Source: Microthyrium microscopicum
Taxonomy: Eukaryota
Length of the DNA stretch: 64,000 bases
Direction: 5' to 3'
Assembly: GCA_010405405.1 (NCBI GenBank)
Contig: MU004230.1
Location: 2,762,627 to 2,826,626, forward strand
Shown here: positions 32,701-47,900 of the stretch, piece after piece
Layout: each line of letters begins with the position of its first letter
Position numbering within the stretch: the stretch's first letter is position 1
Made by a program: the position numbers and the translations under genes
The notes under the pieces: generated by a model
What the model was told of the DNA's origin: nothing
The model's input: only the letters and a program-made list of their open reading frames with translations
Database searches by the model: none

Positions 32701-35700
32701 ACTCTAGCTAATCTACTAGATATCCTTTTAAAAAGAAAGTTCTTTTTATAATAAGGATAGAATTTTTAAAAGATAGCTTATAGATACCTTTATAGACGCT
32801 ATTTAAGCTTCTTGCTTTAGTGCCTAAATATAGTTTACTTATTATTATATAGAAGGTAAATAACTTACCCTTTTAGAGTATATTAAGAAGTATTAGACTA
32901 TCTATAGTAAGGAAACTATATTAGTATTATAATCTAGTATTGCTTTTATTACTACTCTTAATAGAAAGACTTAGGAAGAGATATCTTAATCTAAGAAGAC
33001 TTCCTTAAATATAAACGCTTATTAACCTTTCTTAACGTCTAGATTATAAAGTTCTTAGAAGGATAAAAAGATAGTTCCTCTTTACCTCTATAATAAGACG
33101 GAATACTATAACGATTATTTCTATCTTTAACCTAATAAACGTCTAAATAAATAGTATCCTAACCCTAAAGTAGAAGCAAAAATTAAGAAAAGCCTTAAGA
33201 ATCCTTAGCTTAAAGTAAGAGTTAATTATATCCTTAAAATAAGTTAAGATTAAGAGCGTAGTAATAATAATTAACTACTTAAACTAATTAAATATATAAG
33301 TATTAGAATAGTAGTTATAAGAGTTACAATATTTATAGTAGTTAAGATATCTTTTAATAAAAGGTTTATTCTTAATTCTAAAGCAAATATATATATTTAT
33401 AATAATAGATCCTACTTTAAGATATATAAGAGTATTCCTAATTCTTTAATCTATAGTAGGGTCTCCTTATAGGTAGTAGAATATAGTAATATAGATATTA
33501 TTATTTTAGGCTCTAAAGGATACTAAATAGTTACTCTCTATAATATTACTTATATACCTAGCTTCTATAAGAATCTAGCTTCCTATTATAGGATAAAAGC
33601 TATAGGATATCACTAGAATAATGAAATAGGCTAGATTAGGCACGTTAAAATAGGAAAGCTTCTAGCTAAGATTATCCCTTCTAACGTTTACTTCCTCTTT
33701 AAAAATAATCCTTACTATACCTTTTCTATAACATTATTACTTCCTTATACTTCTATAGCTTCTATATCTAAATAGTATTAATAAATAGGTTATATTAGTA
33801 AAGTTATAGTATCTTATATAGAATGCGCTACTAAAGGCGTAAAAATTACTCTAAATATTACCCCTTCTAGAGATGCTAAAGATAATGACTATTTCTATAA
33901 AATCTATATCAAAATAAAGCAAAAGAAATAGATCTCCTATTAACTAATGGATTTAGGCTTAAAGCCCTTTAAGAAGCTTTATATTAATCTAATTTAAGTT
34001 AAGAAAGGCTATAATAATAATTGCTAAATTATTTACGCTTACTATACTATTACAAAGTTCTATCTGCTAGAAATACTTCCTTAGAAGATATAAGAGAATT
34101 ATATTTAATTCTTACGCTATATGCTTACTATTATTAAGAATATAGGTTATAAAGTAGGCAATATTAAATATAAGGTCCTTTAAATCTATAAGGATCATAA
34201 AGCTATAATAGGTAAGAAGTAGGATAATAAGATCTAGCTAAATAATATTATTAAAGAACTATCTATACTCTATACTACTTTATAAAACGGTCTTATAGAA
34301 GTATTAGGACAAATCCTAATATCTATTATAAGGGTACTAAAACAATATAGTAACCTTCTAAATACGTTATAGCCTAAACTTACTTACTTAGTAGTATATC
34401 TACTTAATAGGATCCTAAAGAAGTAGCTAAATTAGAGAATACCCTTTAAGATAGTATTTAAATAAGTGCTAGATCTCTCGTTAGTCTAAATTATTAGCTT
34501 AAAAGCCTATATTTATAATCCTAATATTCTAAAGCTTAAGAAGCTTTAATCTTGCTTAATTAAAGGCTAGCTAATAGGTTATACTAAAAGTAACATCTTT
34601 AGAGTCTAGATTCTTTTAAATAACTATATTATTAAAGCACGAGATATTATAATTAATAAAACTATTAAATTTAATACTACTACGCTTACTATAATTAATG
34701 ACCAATTTACTAACGCACCTCTAAATACACTACTCTCTTATCTTAAAATAGACATTAGTAGTAGTATATTTAACCTGCAAGAGGCTAAATAATAGCCTAA
34801 TTAAAATTAGGGAGCATAGGATAATTAATAGTAAGAATAAGATAGCTATTAGACTTTTAAAAATAATTCTAATTAACCTATGTTTAACGACTAGCTAATA
34901 ACGCTTAATCCTATATTATTACTATTATCTTAGCCTTTTTTATAATATCTAACACCCTCTATAAGTCTATTACCTACTTAAGATTATACTAAATTAAAAG
35001 AGGATACTCTAGAAGATCTTACTCTTATAATTCTACTAGTACTACTACTAGCTACCCTAATAGCTTGCCTAAAATAGTAGTATATTACTAAGTATAAACA
35101 AGAGATCTAAGCCTCCTAAAATGTCTCTATACGTATTATAAGAAGTAGTTATATCTTACGATCCTTAAGGACTACTAATCTAGTACTCTATAAACCTTAC
35201 CTCCTTACCTTATTATATTATGCGTTCTCTATAGCTTTAATTTAATACTACTATAAAAGAAATATGCTAGAATTACTAAAAATATAGTTTAAAATAATAA
35301 AACGCCCTAATTAAGACTAGTATCTTTTAGCTACTAAAATTAAGATTAAAATACTTTAGGAATAAGGCATATTTAAAAAGGTCTATACCCCTTAAACTAA
35401 TAAGCCTATTCTACCCTTAAAGTAGGTATTCTTAGAGAAGTACGATTTAAATAGCTTTTTTCTTAAATATAAGGCTAAAATCTATATAAGAGGAGATCTA
35501 TAGCACCAAAATCTAGAACTAGAGATTTATACTACTACTAGAGCTTACTATATATTATGCGTAATTCTTACGCTAATAGCTACGTTTAATCTAGATCTTT
35601 ACTAATTTAACGCTATAAATGCCTTCCTAAATACTATTCTAGATAAAATAGTTCTAGTTTAATGCCCTAAAGGCTTTAATATTCCTAAAAAGGTCTTACT

Positions 35701-35971
35701 ACTTTGCTACGCCTTCTATAGACTACTAAGATCTCTATTACTATAGTATTAGGATATAAGAGCTACCCTTTATACGATAAAGTTTAAGCTTATTCTAAAA
35801 GACTCCTACCTTTTTAAACACGTTTAGTATCCTATCTTCCTCTTTTGTTATATTAATAACTTCCTTCTTCTTTTACTAAAAGCATATTAAGTAGAAGCAG
35901 ATAAGATAAAATATAAACTTAGTATGCGCTACGCTATAAGGGATTTAGGCACCCTAAAAAGCTTCCTTAAT

Positions 35972-38900
35972 TGTAAGGATTCCTCATAGGTTTAGTGTTT
36001 AGTGTTAGATCCAGAGATCTAATCTTACAAATAAAATCTCTTTATCCCGTTTAGGGTTAGTATGTCTAAGGATCTCCTAGGCCCTATATCTTTATATTTA
36101 TAGCTCTATTTCTAAATCTCCTCTCTCTATACGTAGATCCTATAATATTAGCTATATTTTACTTGCCTAATTACGCCTAATAGCTCCTTATATAATCTAC
36201 GTACCTCTATACTAAAAAATAACTCTATATATTTATTACGTATTGCTAAATTACTACTAGCTAAAGTTATACTTAAATCTACTAAATAATAATAATATAT
36301 TAGTAGTACTATCCTTAGTTAGGATTAGCGCTATTTAGACCCTTATAGAAGGTATTAGCAAAGCTATAAATACTTAATTAAATAAATACTTTTTTAGCGT
36401 TATTTACTAAAATAAAGAGTATAAAGTAGTTAAAGCGTTTACCTTACTATATTCTTCTACTAATAATCTATAGAAGCGTTTCTATATCCTTTCTACTTAT
36501 TATCTACTTATATATATCCTATCTCTTATCTAAAAATATCTATTATTCTATTATCTTAATTCTAATAATAATAGAAATAATATTATTATAAATTCTTAGA
36601 ATAACTAGCGCGCTAATTATAGTATGCTACCTTATTCTCTTTATCTTAAACGTAAATACTTATAATCTTATTTACTAGAGCGTTCTCTACCTTTCTATAA
36701 CTTATATAAACGCTTTTTAAAGGCTATATTAATTATATTAAATATAGAAGCTAATTAGATATTAACCTTATAGTTAACTCTTTAATATAAACTACTTAAT
36801 ATCTAAAATTCTATTAAACTTTTTCTAATACTTAAAAAAGATAAAAGACTCTCTAATAATAAAGACGCTAAATTCCTACGTTAGAACGTTATAAATATCT
36901 ATAAAGTAGAAAAAGCTTCTAAAGTAGTACTTATTATAGCGTTAATAAAAGAGCTAAGATTAAAGAAAGAGGTTTTAACCTCTAGTACTACTTAGATTAC
37001 TAGCCTTTCTATAATAAAGGTAATTAAAGGAAAAGAATATATAGTAAAAGCGTTAGATAATAATAAAGTACGTCTTTTAAAAGATATATAACTTTAGTTA
37101 GATTTACTATTTAGTTAACCTAACCCTTTAAACGTCCCTCTAAGATTTCTTTCCTATTTACTTATTATACTTATAGACTTAAACTATTAAGTTGCTCTAT
37201 TAGTAGTAGATAAGCCTTTATTTATATAGGCTTTATATAGAATTAGACTAAAATAAAGAAAATAAGTATTAGTAATTTATTAAGACGAAGTAGACCTATT
37301 AAACCTAGTATAGAATTAATACCTTACTATTAAAGAAGAGGATTTCTTATACTATTATATTAAATCTAGCTACTCTAAAGATTTCTTTAAATAACTTTAT
37401 ATTACGCTAGTAATATTATAGACTATAGCTCTCTACTACTAGTCTTTAAGATTAGTATAGGATATTATTATAAAGAACTTCTTAGAATTAAACTTTAATA
37501 TAGCTTGTCTTAAGAAGTTATTTAAAACCTTATAAAATAAAGCTATAGATTAATAATATTTAATAGAGAATATTTAAGCCTATATTAACTAACTATAATA
37601 TAACTATGCTATTAAATTAAATATAGTACGCTAGTTAGAATAATAAGCTATTATAAAACTAGAGACTAAATAAGCTACTAACTTTTAATATTAAGAATTA
37701 GTTAGCTTACTATATACTAAGGTTACTAAACTAGAAGGATAGCTATAAGTAATATTAGTTATAGTACTATTCCTCTATATTAATTATAAAGATTTAGAGG
37801 ATAATACTATTCTAGATTATTATATATTAAACTCTATACGTCTAGTAATATTAAGTAATATCTAATCTATAAAAATATAATATTTAACTCTATTATTAAC
37901 TACTATAAGCGTAGTAAGTAGTTACTCTTATTTTAAGGAACTTAGTAACTTTACTAGAATTAATATAACTAAGTATAAAATATAGAAGGAGAAAATGCTT
38001 AACGTCCTATTTAATAATAAGGTGTATTTATATGTTCTAATAAAAAAAAAAAGATTAAGTTTATTTACTAATACCTTACTAGCACTACTTATAACCTTAT
38101 CGTTATTTAAGGAGGTAAAGAATTAAAGAACCTATATAAGTATATAAATAAGATATAGGCTAATCTAGATAGCTACTTTTATTCTAAAAATAGTTTTAAA
38201 GACGTTAAAGCTTAGTTAAAATTACCTAAGGTAAAAATAAAGGATTCTAAGACTCTTTAAGGGTTTCTAGGATAATTTAAAGCTAACTCTATAAATATAG
38301 AACTTAATAAACGTAAAAAGATTATTAAACTTAAAGATTTTATTCTAAAAAAGTTTATAAACCTATTAGTAGCTTATAATATTAAAGACTTTACTACCTT
38401 TTATACCTAACTTTATAATATTAATTATTATATTAACTATAAGCTAAATACTAACGTAAATTTAAATAATAATAACCTATATTAAAATAACTTACGTTAG
38501 GTAAATAATTAATCTTTTAATTAAGGAAGTAATACTAACGCTAAAAATAATAATATCTTTTAATTCCTAAATATATTCTAAGTACTAAAGGCTAAGAAAC
38601 GTTATATTTATTATAGTAAGAAAGGATATTATACTAATACTAAGAACCTACCTTATAAGGGTTAAGAGCTATTATCTAATTAGAAGATTAAAGCTAAAGT
38701 TACTTAACTAGCTATAGTATTTATACGCATACGTTAAGGTTAATAGCCTTCTATTAAGAAAGCTTAAGATAAAAATAACTACTATCTATTAAACTAGATA
38801 CTCTTTTACTAAGCTATAAAAAGGAGCTAAATAAGAATAAAGCGCAAAATAAATAAAAGAAACGTTAGAATAACTAACCTAATACCTAACTACCTAATAT

Positions 38901-41900
38901 TAAAACTAATAAATAAAAAGCTAAAAAGACCTTTTATAAGAATAAGGAAGTTATTATTAGATATCTATATTATTATATTAAGCGCCTTAAATATAAAGAA
39001 GTAGTTTATAAAGAATATATTATACTAGTATACTCTTAAGCTATTTATATATTACTAGCTTCTATTATACCTATAGTATAGCTAAAGGATATTAAAAAGA
39101 AAGACTCTATTATTAGATCCTAATAGACTATAGTAAAGTAAGTTTATATTCTACGTAGTAAAGCATATTCTAATATAGATATCCTAATTAATATAAGTAG
39201 TAGCGTTATAGGTATTATTAATCCTTACTACCTAAGATAATATAATATACTAATATTTAACCTAACTTAATCTTAAATTATTAAGCTTACTAATAGTAAG
39301 TCTATTTCTATAGTTAATAAGGCTACCTTTATTAATATCTATATTAGCTACTATATTAAATAGCTTAGTTATTTTGTTATAAAAGTTACCTTATATAACC
39401 TTATATTAGGAGCGCCTTAGATAGACTAATATAAAGTTAATCTCTATAGAAAATTAAGAACCTTAACCTTTAGTAGTATATAATATATTACTAATTATAT
39501 TATATTACGTTACCTAATATTAATAGATCTAAAAGGACGTATAATTAATTTTCTTCTCTTTAATAATATAAATATTACGTTTATATTAGCTATAGTATTT
39601 AAGAAGCTTTTAAAGCGTAAAGATGCTATTATTAATACCTTTTAGCTAGAAGATTTTAAAAAGATAAAAGATAATAAAATAATAAATAAAGATAATAATA
39701 ATAAAGAAGTAATAAATCTCTTTACTTACGCTATCTCTAAAGAAGATTATATTAAATAGTAGAATAAGTAAGATAGCTTATATATATTATAAGAAGAAAT
39801 ACTAAAGCTTATTCTAGAAGAGTTCTAATAATACTTTAAGGTTTTTAACCTAAAATAAGCTAATACTCTTATACTATATTAAGGTAAATTTAATTACGCT
39901 ATTAACTTTATCCTAAATATAAAAATACTAAAATATTATTCTATCTCTATATCCCTAAAGTAAGTATTAGTAGTAAAGTAATATATAGAGCAATTATTAG
40001 TATATAGGTTTATAAGGCTTTCTAAGTCTTAATATGCTATACTAATACTTTACGTTAGTAAGCTAAGTAGTAGTATTAGAGTTTATATTAATTATTATAG
40101 ACTTAATAAAATTACTATTAAGAATAGTAATATTCCTTCTCTTATTAATAAAATACTTATATATTTAATACGTATAAAGTTTTACTTAAAATTTAATATT
40201 ATTATAGTATTTAAATAGATTTAAATTAAACCTAAAGATAAGTATAAAATAGCCTTCCTTACTTAATATAGCCTCTTTAAATTTAACGTTCTCCTCTTTA
40301 GTCTTATAGAAGGACTAGGAATATTTTAATCTTACGTAAACTATATATTAATATAATTCTTTAATAATTTTATTACTATCTACCTTAATAATATCTTAGT
40401 CTTTAGTAAGACGTTAGAGAAATATAATATATATATTTATCTTATCTTAAATATATTAGAACGTATAAGTTTATTTTTAGATATTAAGAAGTCTAAATTC
40501 TATATCTAGGAAGTTAAATACCTTAGTCTAATTATTACTACTAAGGGTATTAAAATAAATCTTACTAAAGTTTAAGTAGTACTAGAATAGAAATAACTAG
40601 CATACTTAAAAGACGTTTAGGCATTTCTTAAATTTACTAATTTCTACTATTACTTTATATTTAGCTATTTAGCTATAGTAGCGCTATTAACTAATCTTAT
40701 AAGAAAAGATACTATTATAATCTTTCTATAAGATCTAAAGGGGCTAGAAGAAAGAGCGTTTAAAGCTCTTAAAGAAGCTTTTACTTCTACCTCTATCCTT
40801 ATTTACTTTAACTATAATAAGGAAACTTAAGTAGAAATAAATGCTTTAGATTAGGTATACATAGTAGTATTATTATAAAAGGATACTAATAAAGATCTTA
40901 AACTCGTTACGTTCCTATCTAAGAAGATAATACTTATAGAATATAATTATAATATCTATAATAAAGAGCTATTAGCTATTATCTAAGCTTTTAAAGAATA
41001 AGAACCTAAACTCTTTAGTATAAAAGATATTATTAAGGTCTTTTTAAATTATTAAAACCTCTAAATATTTATAAAAATAAAGAAGCTTACTTACTATTAA
41101 ATATAATAGGCTAAATTCTTATTATAATTCTACTTCCTTATTAAATATTACTTAAGAATAACTAATAATAAAGCTAATACTCTTATAAGACGTTCCTAAG
41201 ATCTTCCTTAAAGCGATAATAATCTATAAATTACTTAGTAGTATTAACTACTTCTATTCCCTTACTAGTTTAGTACGAAGAAGGTAGTTAAGCTTACTAT
41301 AATTCTTATTAACCTTATTACCTTATCTTTTTTATAAGTAGCTATAATTATAGTAAATAAGTTAGATGCTACTATAATAGGAGAATTATATTTAGAACCT
41401 ATTATAGAGAGCCTTTAAAATAAGGCTCTAGCTAGTTTAGATAATTCTTTACTAATTAATAAGGAATCCCTAGACTTTGTCCTAGAATAGTTCTTAAAAG
41501 AAGTAATAAAAGTAAGCAAGGTTAATAAGCTATTAATTATAATTTAACTAGCTAAAATATAAAAAGACTACTTCCTACCTTTTAATATCCCTAACTAAGA
41601 GTATATTAAGTTAATAAATTATAAAGCTATACTAAATAGTATAGTACTCTACTAATAGAAGCTCTTTATTCTTACTACCTACTTATACTATAAAGCTATA
41701 AAGTAGGCTTATTAATATAAAATAATAGAATATAGAGAAGTTATAATAATATACTATTATTTATAGTAAGACTACTAGTAGCTATATATATTAGAGTTAG
41801 TAAAGACTTTTATTAAGGGCTATTACTATATCTTTACTAAACTTATACGTTAAAAGAAGTAAGGCTTATTAAGATCCTTTCTACTACTAGAGCGTGCTTA

Positions 41901-44900
41901 ATTAGATATCTTTATTAATTTTACTATCTCTTTACTAAAATATACTTATTAAGAAATTATCTATTACTATATTATAGTTATAGTTAATTACCTTATATAG
42001 TCCTAGAGATTTATTACTTTTCCTAACCTATTAGTTAAAATAATAGTTATAGTATTTATTAACTACGTCTAGAAGCTTTATAGTTAGCTAAATTCTATCT
42101 TATTAGATAAAGGAACCTAGTTTACGTTAGCATTTTAGGGCTATCTTTATAAACGTATTAGTATTACCTTAAGGCTAAGTATAGCCTAGCATCCTAAGAT
42201 AGATAAAATTATAGAGATCTTAATTGCTATACTTAAATAATACCTACGCTTATTTATTAACTAGGACTAAGATAATTAGGCTTTATTATTATCCTTTATT
42301 AAGTTTATAATTAACTTAGTAGTAAGCACTACTATAGGCTTTATACTATTTAAGGCCTAGAATAGCTTTCTTCTAAAATTAGGATTAAAGTTAGCTTATT
42401 ATTTACTACCTAAAGCTTTATATAAATCTATAGTAGCTTATAAGGAAGTTATCTTAGTAGATTATATTTAGGATAGTAGAAAAAAGTTATACTAATTCCT
42501 AAAGAAATAACTAGTATAGGCTTAGTTATAGTAAAAGCTTTATGCTAATAAGTACTAACATCTAATACCTAATCTTTATTTAAGAGATTAAGTTTGTCTT
42601 AACGTTTATAACTATAATATAATACGCCCTTTAAAGATACTTAATAATAAGAGCGTAGGACTATTTAAAGTCCTCTATAAGATTAATAGTATTACTTATA
42701 AGTTAAATCTACTTAAGTTAATAAAAATACATCTAGTATTTTATACTTAGCTATTATACTCTATTAATGACGAGGCTAAGCTTCTTAAGGAAGTTAACTC
42801 TCTACTAGCTACTATTAATAAAATTAAAGGCAAAGAAGATGTTAGGGACCTATGGGCGCAAGGGTGCAAGCTAACGGTAGATATGATTTAAGAAAACTAA
42901 TACGAAGAATCTAAGAGAGAGGGTAGGGAATGGTCGTAGGTAAGCTATACCAGATAATCCTTGGGCGCTAAGCCCTTAGCATTACGTAACAGGGGATGCT
43001 AATGATGTTACAACAGGATTAATAGTAGCAGATCCATAATAATACTCTTCCCTCTAAGATTAGCGCTCCTAAGCTAAAAACTTATAAAAGGATAAGATCT
43101 GTAATTAAGTTGTATAGTCCTATAATTCTAACGCTTTTTAGGGTATAAAATATGAAACATAAAAGCAATAAAAGCAAAGATAATAACCTTCCTTTATGTG
43201 CAACTACTATATATGCCTATTCCTTATACTACCCTCTAACTTACTAAAGCAACTATTAAGAGGCATTAATAAACCTTAAGATATCTTTAGAATACTCTGG
43301 TTTATAGACTAAGTATTAAGGCACGCGTAGTAGTATCCTTTTACTATTCTAAGGGAATTTCGTCTAAATTATATTCCTCCTCCTTCTTCTTCTAAAAGTC
43401 TATAAATATAGGGTATAGTCTAGGTTTATTAAGGTTCTAATTATAATATTTGGCGACTAGCTCTAGGTAAGAGTTAAGATCTAACTATAGTTACTAGTTA
43501 GAGTCATAATTCTAGTCGTTCTATTCTATAAACTAAACTTTATACTACAAGACTTTCTTTTTGCTAAAGCCCTTCATAATACCTATCTTGCTATTAATAA
43601 TATAGTTAACTACCTATTCTTATTCTATATTATTATCTACGTTTATAATTAAGGGAAAGTTATTAAGTTCTTAGAGCACCATAGCATATTTAAGAACAGG
43701 GTAAAGTAGCTAAGCATAAAAGACTAAATAGATTTTTATCTTCTCTAATAATTCTAGCTTATAGGTAAGGGTATTAATCTTTTTAATAATTTTAAAAGGT
43801 TTAGTAGATTTATTATTAAGGGACTTTAATAGTTAGAGAGATTTGTAATAATGGGCGTTAAGTCATACTTAATCACCTAGTTTAAGGTCTAGTACTAGTT
43901 AACGAGTCTTATTAGCTTACTCTTCTATAAGGGTAGTAGACTACAAAATCTATTCGCAGAGGTATTTATAAAGGTTAGTACAAGTATAAAGATACTAGTC
44001 AGTAAGCTATTACTTAGTCTAGATTAGCTTAGTTCCTAAGAAGGCTTTTGGAGGCATTAGTTCTAATCCTAATTAGGGAAGATAACTATTAAGTACGTAG
44101 AAAGAACTCATCTTAGTAGAGGCATGGATAGCGTAGTTAGCTTTAAATTTAGCAAATAGTAGTAGTCCTACTTAGTTATTTTATTGCTAGTTGACGAAGC
44201 ATCTAAGGTAAGCTTTTAGTACTATAACTAATATTTCTATAATACTATTACCCTATAGGTACTAAGTAGTAGTTAGGCAAATAATAACACTAACACGTTC
44301 GTAGAGACGTTGCTAGAATGCGGATATGAATTATAAACTATAGTTAGAAAAAATAGAGTTAGGCTATCCTATATGCTTCTATATTTAGTTAAGGAACGTA
44401 AAGACTATTATCTATATACTTAGATTAGGGAAGAGAATGAACCATTAGGTACGTGTTAGCCTATCTATAACGATTATAACATAGCAATAGATAGTCCTAA
44501 GGTAAATGTAGAGCGGTAAGGCAACTATAAAGTTAATAGAAATGTTGGACTAAGTATAGTTAGGCGGTAAGAACGAGCAAAGGAGACCTTGCTTCTTTTG
44601 CTTAACTAGTTTAGAGAACGCGCACTTATATACTTTAATATAGTGCTTTACGTCCTTAGCTATATAGAGCTAGAAGTAAAATTAGTAGAAGCACTAGTAC
44701 GTGGAAGCTATGCTACTATAACCTATAACTTTATAATTATACGCGTATATAATAGCGTAGTATTAGAGACATTTCGCAAAAAGGATGAGGAGTCATTATC
44801 TATATTAAATAGTACTATTAGCAAGTACTTAGCAATCTCTAAGTTTAATTAAATCCTTCTCTAGAGTACTATATAGTAGGTAATGCGATTATACTACCTT

Positions 44901-47900
44901 AAAGTTATGGATTGCTTAGACAAGCTTATCTAATTAGCTAGTCTTAATAATATCTTTTTATAATATCTCTAGGTTGGCTAGCATGCTATCTATCCTAGGG
45001 TAATTAATTAGCTTACCTAGGACTAGGGTAAAACCCCCTATAGTTAGTTAATTAATTAGCTTGCCTTCTATAGTCAGCACATTGACTTTATTGGCAATAA
45101 TTATAGCAAGTTTAATTATTATAGGTTATTCACTATTAATAAGGAGGATAGCAATCTTAATAGCATATTAAGTATCGTAAGAGTAAGATATCTCGTAGTA
45201 AGTATTAAAGTTATAAGGGAAAAGGATTAGTCGTGTTTATTAAGCAATCTATAAATCATTATTAAATTTTAGAAGATCTTATAATCTCTAAGTTAGCGCA
45301 TTTACTTTTACGTTAGAGGGACTATTACAATATTTAATCTTGAACTAGAATTAGGAGAGGAACTCTACTTATTAAGCTTAATAGCAAAATAGCTTTTTAG
45401 TTAACATAAAAGTACGCAAGTTAAGATAGTTAGTAAAAACTTGCATAAAGTCAAAGGTTAAAAATAATTTAGGTTCCTATTCCTTAAACGCCCGTACGAT
45501 TATAAGGAGCTCTTTATTATAGATATCGTAATTATATTCTACTAGAGTTATCTTTTTAGAGAAGAAAGCTACTAGGCAAAGCTTACTATGTGCGCCTTTT
45601 TATAAAAGGATAGCTACTACTACCTAATCTAAGGTATTAGTCTTAACCTAAGTCTTAGCGTTAGGGTTAAAGTAATAAAGGATTAGGGTAGTAGTAAAGG
45701 CCTTCTTTAAGGCGTTAAATGCTTATTCCTTAGGTCTAGTCTTACTCTAAGGGAAATATAAGAGAGCGTCCTTTTTGGTTAGTACGATAAGTAGTATAAC
45801 AATTTTTGAGTATCCTTTAATAAAACGGCAATAGAAGTTTATAAAGCTAAGGAATATCTAGACGTCTTTTAGGAAGGTAGAGTAGTGCTAGTTAAGTATA
45901 GCGTTAACCTTCTTTTTGTCTATTTAGATTCTATTAGGTATAATAATAATACTAAGATATTTAACTAATTAGGTTATAAACTTAGATTTAGAAATATTAA
46001 AGTAGAGTCTAGCTTTTTTAAGCTTATTAAGGATTAAGTAAACGTAGGTAATATACTCCTCTTTAGTCTTACTCTAAACGAGGACGTCATTAAGGTAAAC
46101 TATGATAAAGTTATTAAGGTGTTCACGTATAGCACTATTAATATAAAATTAAAAACTTCCTAGTAATCCTATTATGCTAAATAGCATTACTAAGGTTTTA
46201 AAGAGTCTATAGCATATTAAAAATGCGATCTTATGCTTATCTTCTTCACGAATTTAAATATTATTAAAGGTAGTAATAACGTTAAATTGTAAAAAGAATT
46301 TTGCTTTATAGATCTTTGTCAATGTTTCTATTAAGAGTAGGAGTACGTTTTAGTTAGTTAGCATAATCTTATTAAGTCCATAGTAGTTAACATAGACATA
46401 AATACTACCGCCTAGTTTACTAACGCATAATACAAGTATAGCATAGTAAGAGGTACTTAGTTAGATAAAGCCTTTTCTAAGCATATTCTTAATATATTCC
46501 TTAACGACCTATACTTATTAGCAAGATATGCTATAGAATTTACGTATAAGTACTTTTACATTTAGGTTAGTAGTAATAGCATAGTTAAAACCTAGTTAGT
46601 ATGGTGGCAATTTATTAGCTTAGTAAGGGTTAAATAAGGGGACGTAGTAATAGAATTTTAGCGGTATTAATTTTAGTAATTCTTCTCACGTTAGTAGGTC
46701 ATAGTTAAGCTTTTCGCGCTATTTAGTATAGTCTTTAGTAGAGATCATAATAATACTAGCAACGTTCCGCTAAGAAATAAGGTTAGGGTCTTCTTCTTCT
46801 TCTAAGGCTTTAAAGTCTTCTTAGTAAAGGGCTATAAAATAATAATCTTTGCGCTTAATTATAGCTATAAAGACTCATAGCAATACTATATAGATATTAA
46901 GGGTTTCTTCTTGTTGTTTGTCTACAACTACTTAACCTTTATAGTTAATAATAATTAAGTAATAGGAGGCTATGCAGTACTTTATATAATGCTTAGAGTA
47001 GAAACCTAATATACGTTAGCCTCCCTAGAGCGTAACTTCGTATTTATTTACCTATGAGTCGCTAAGAATTATATCGTGGTTAGCGATTTTTATTATAAAG
47101 TAGAGAATCTATTCAAAGTAGATATTAATACGTAATGTAATAGCTACTATGTAGGTTATTTTTATAACAGCGTGGCTATTAGCTATTTTGGTATAGCAGG
47201 GTTGGGTTATCTTTACTAACGGAATGCTATAAATTTTAAGATAGTAGGAGTTAATGATGCTAAAAGTACTACTACCTATATTAATTAGGACTTTAGTTTT
47301 AGTATACGCGTTATTATTAATAAAGACATTGCTAATAATGCTCTACTATTAGCCTATCTTTAGAATAGAATATTTTGGTAATTGGTCAATAGGAACATAG
47401 GCTACTAATATATAGATAATAGCTATGCCTATAGGATTACTTTTAGTCTTAGAGTTACTTAGGTAGTTAATAACGGCCTCTATTTAACGTTTTTATTATT
47501 TATTATGCGCTTCTATTTTATTTAGCTCTTCTGCGCAACGTTATAGAGGAGTATCTAGTTTCTCTAGTCCTAGTAGTAATAATTATTATATATTAATAAG
47601 TAATTATGCTATAGGTTTAGATTTTATAGTTAGGTGTTGTCTTACTATAGATAAATACTAGCAAGTTTAGTAGAGATATTAAAATTAGAGAGGGCTAGCT
47701 TGCTTTTATACTTTAAGTTCTTGTCTTTATAGTTATAACCTTATTCGCTATATTAAGTGTAGTAGTAGTCTCGTATTAGACGTTAGTAGAGAGTAACTTT
47801 GTAGTATGGTACGTAGTTAATTTAGTTATTAGTTTAGTTGCTATTATTATTATTCTAACTACTAGATAGTTTCTTACTATCATTAGTTTTGCGTTTAAGG

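Noticed and set aside
43060..43400. env-like extra ORF after the chromodomain in Gypsy-B (similar hydrophobic stretch at ~24620-24700 in Gypsy-A)
   Set aside because: Hydrophobic I/L/F/Y runs are an expected artefact of translating RIPed AT-rich DNA, and there is no supporting motif.
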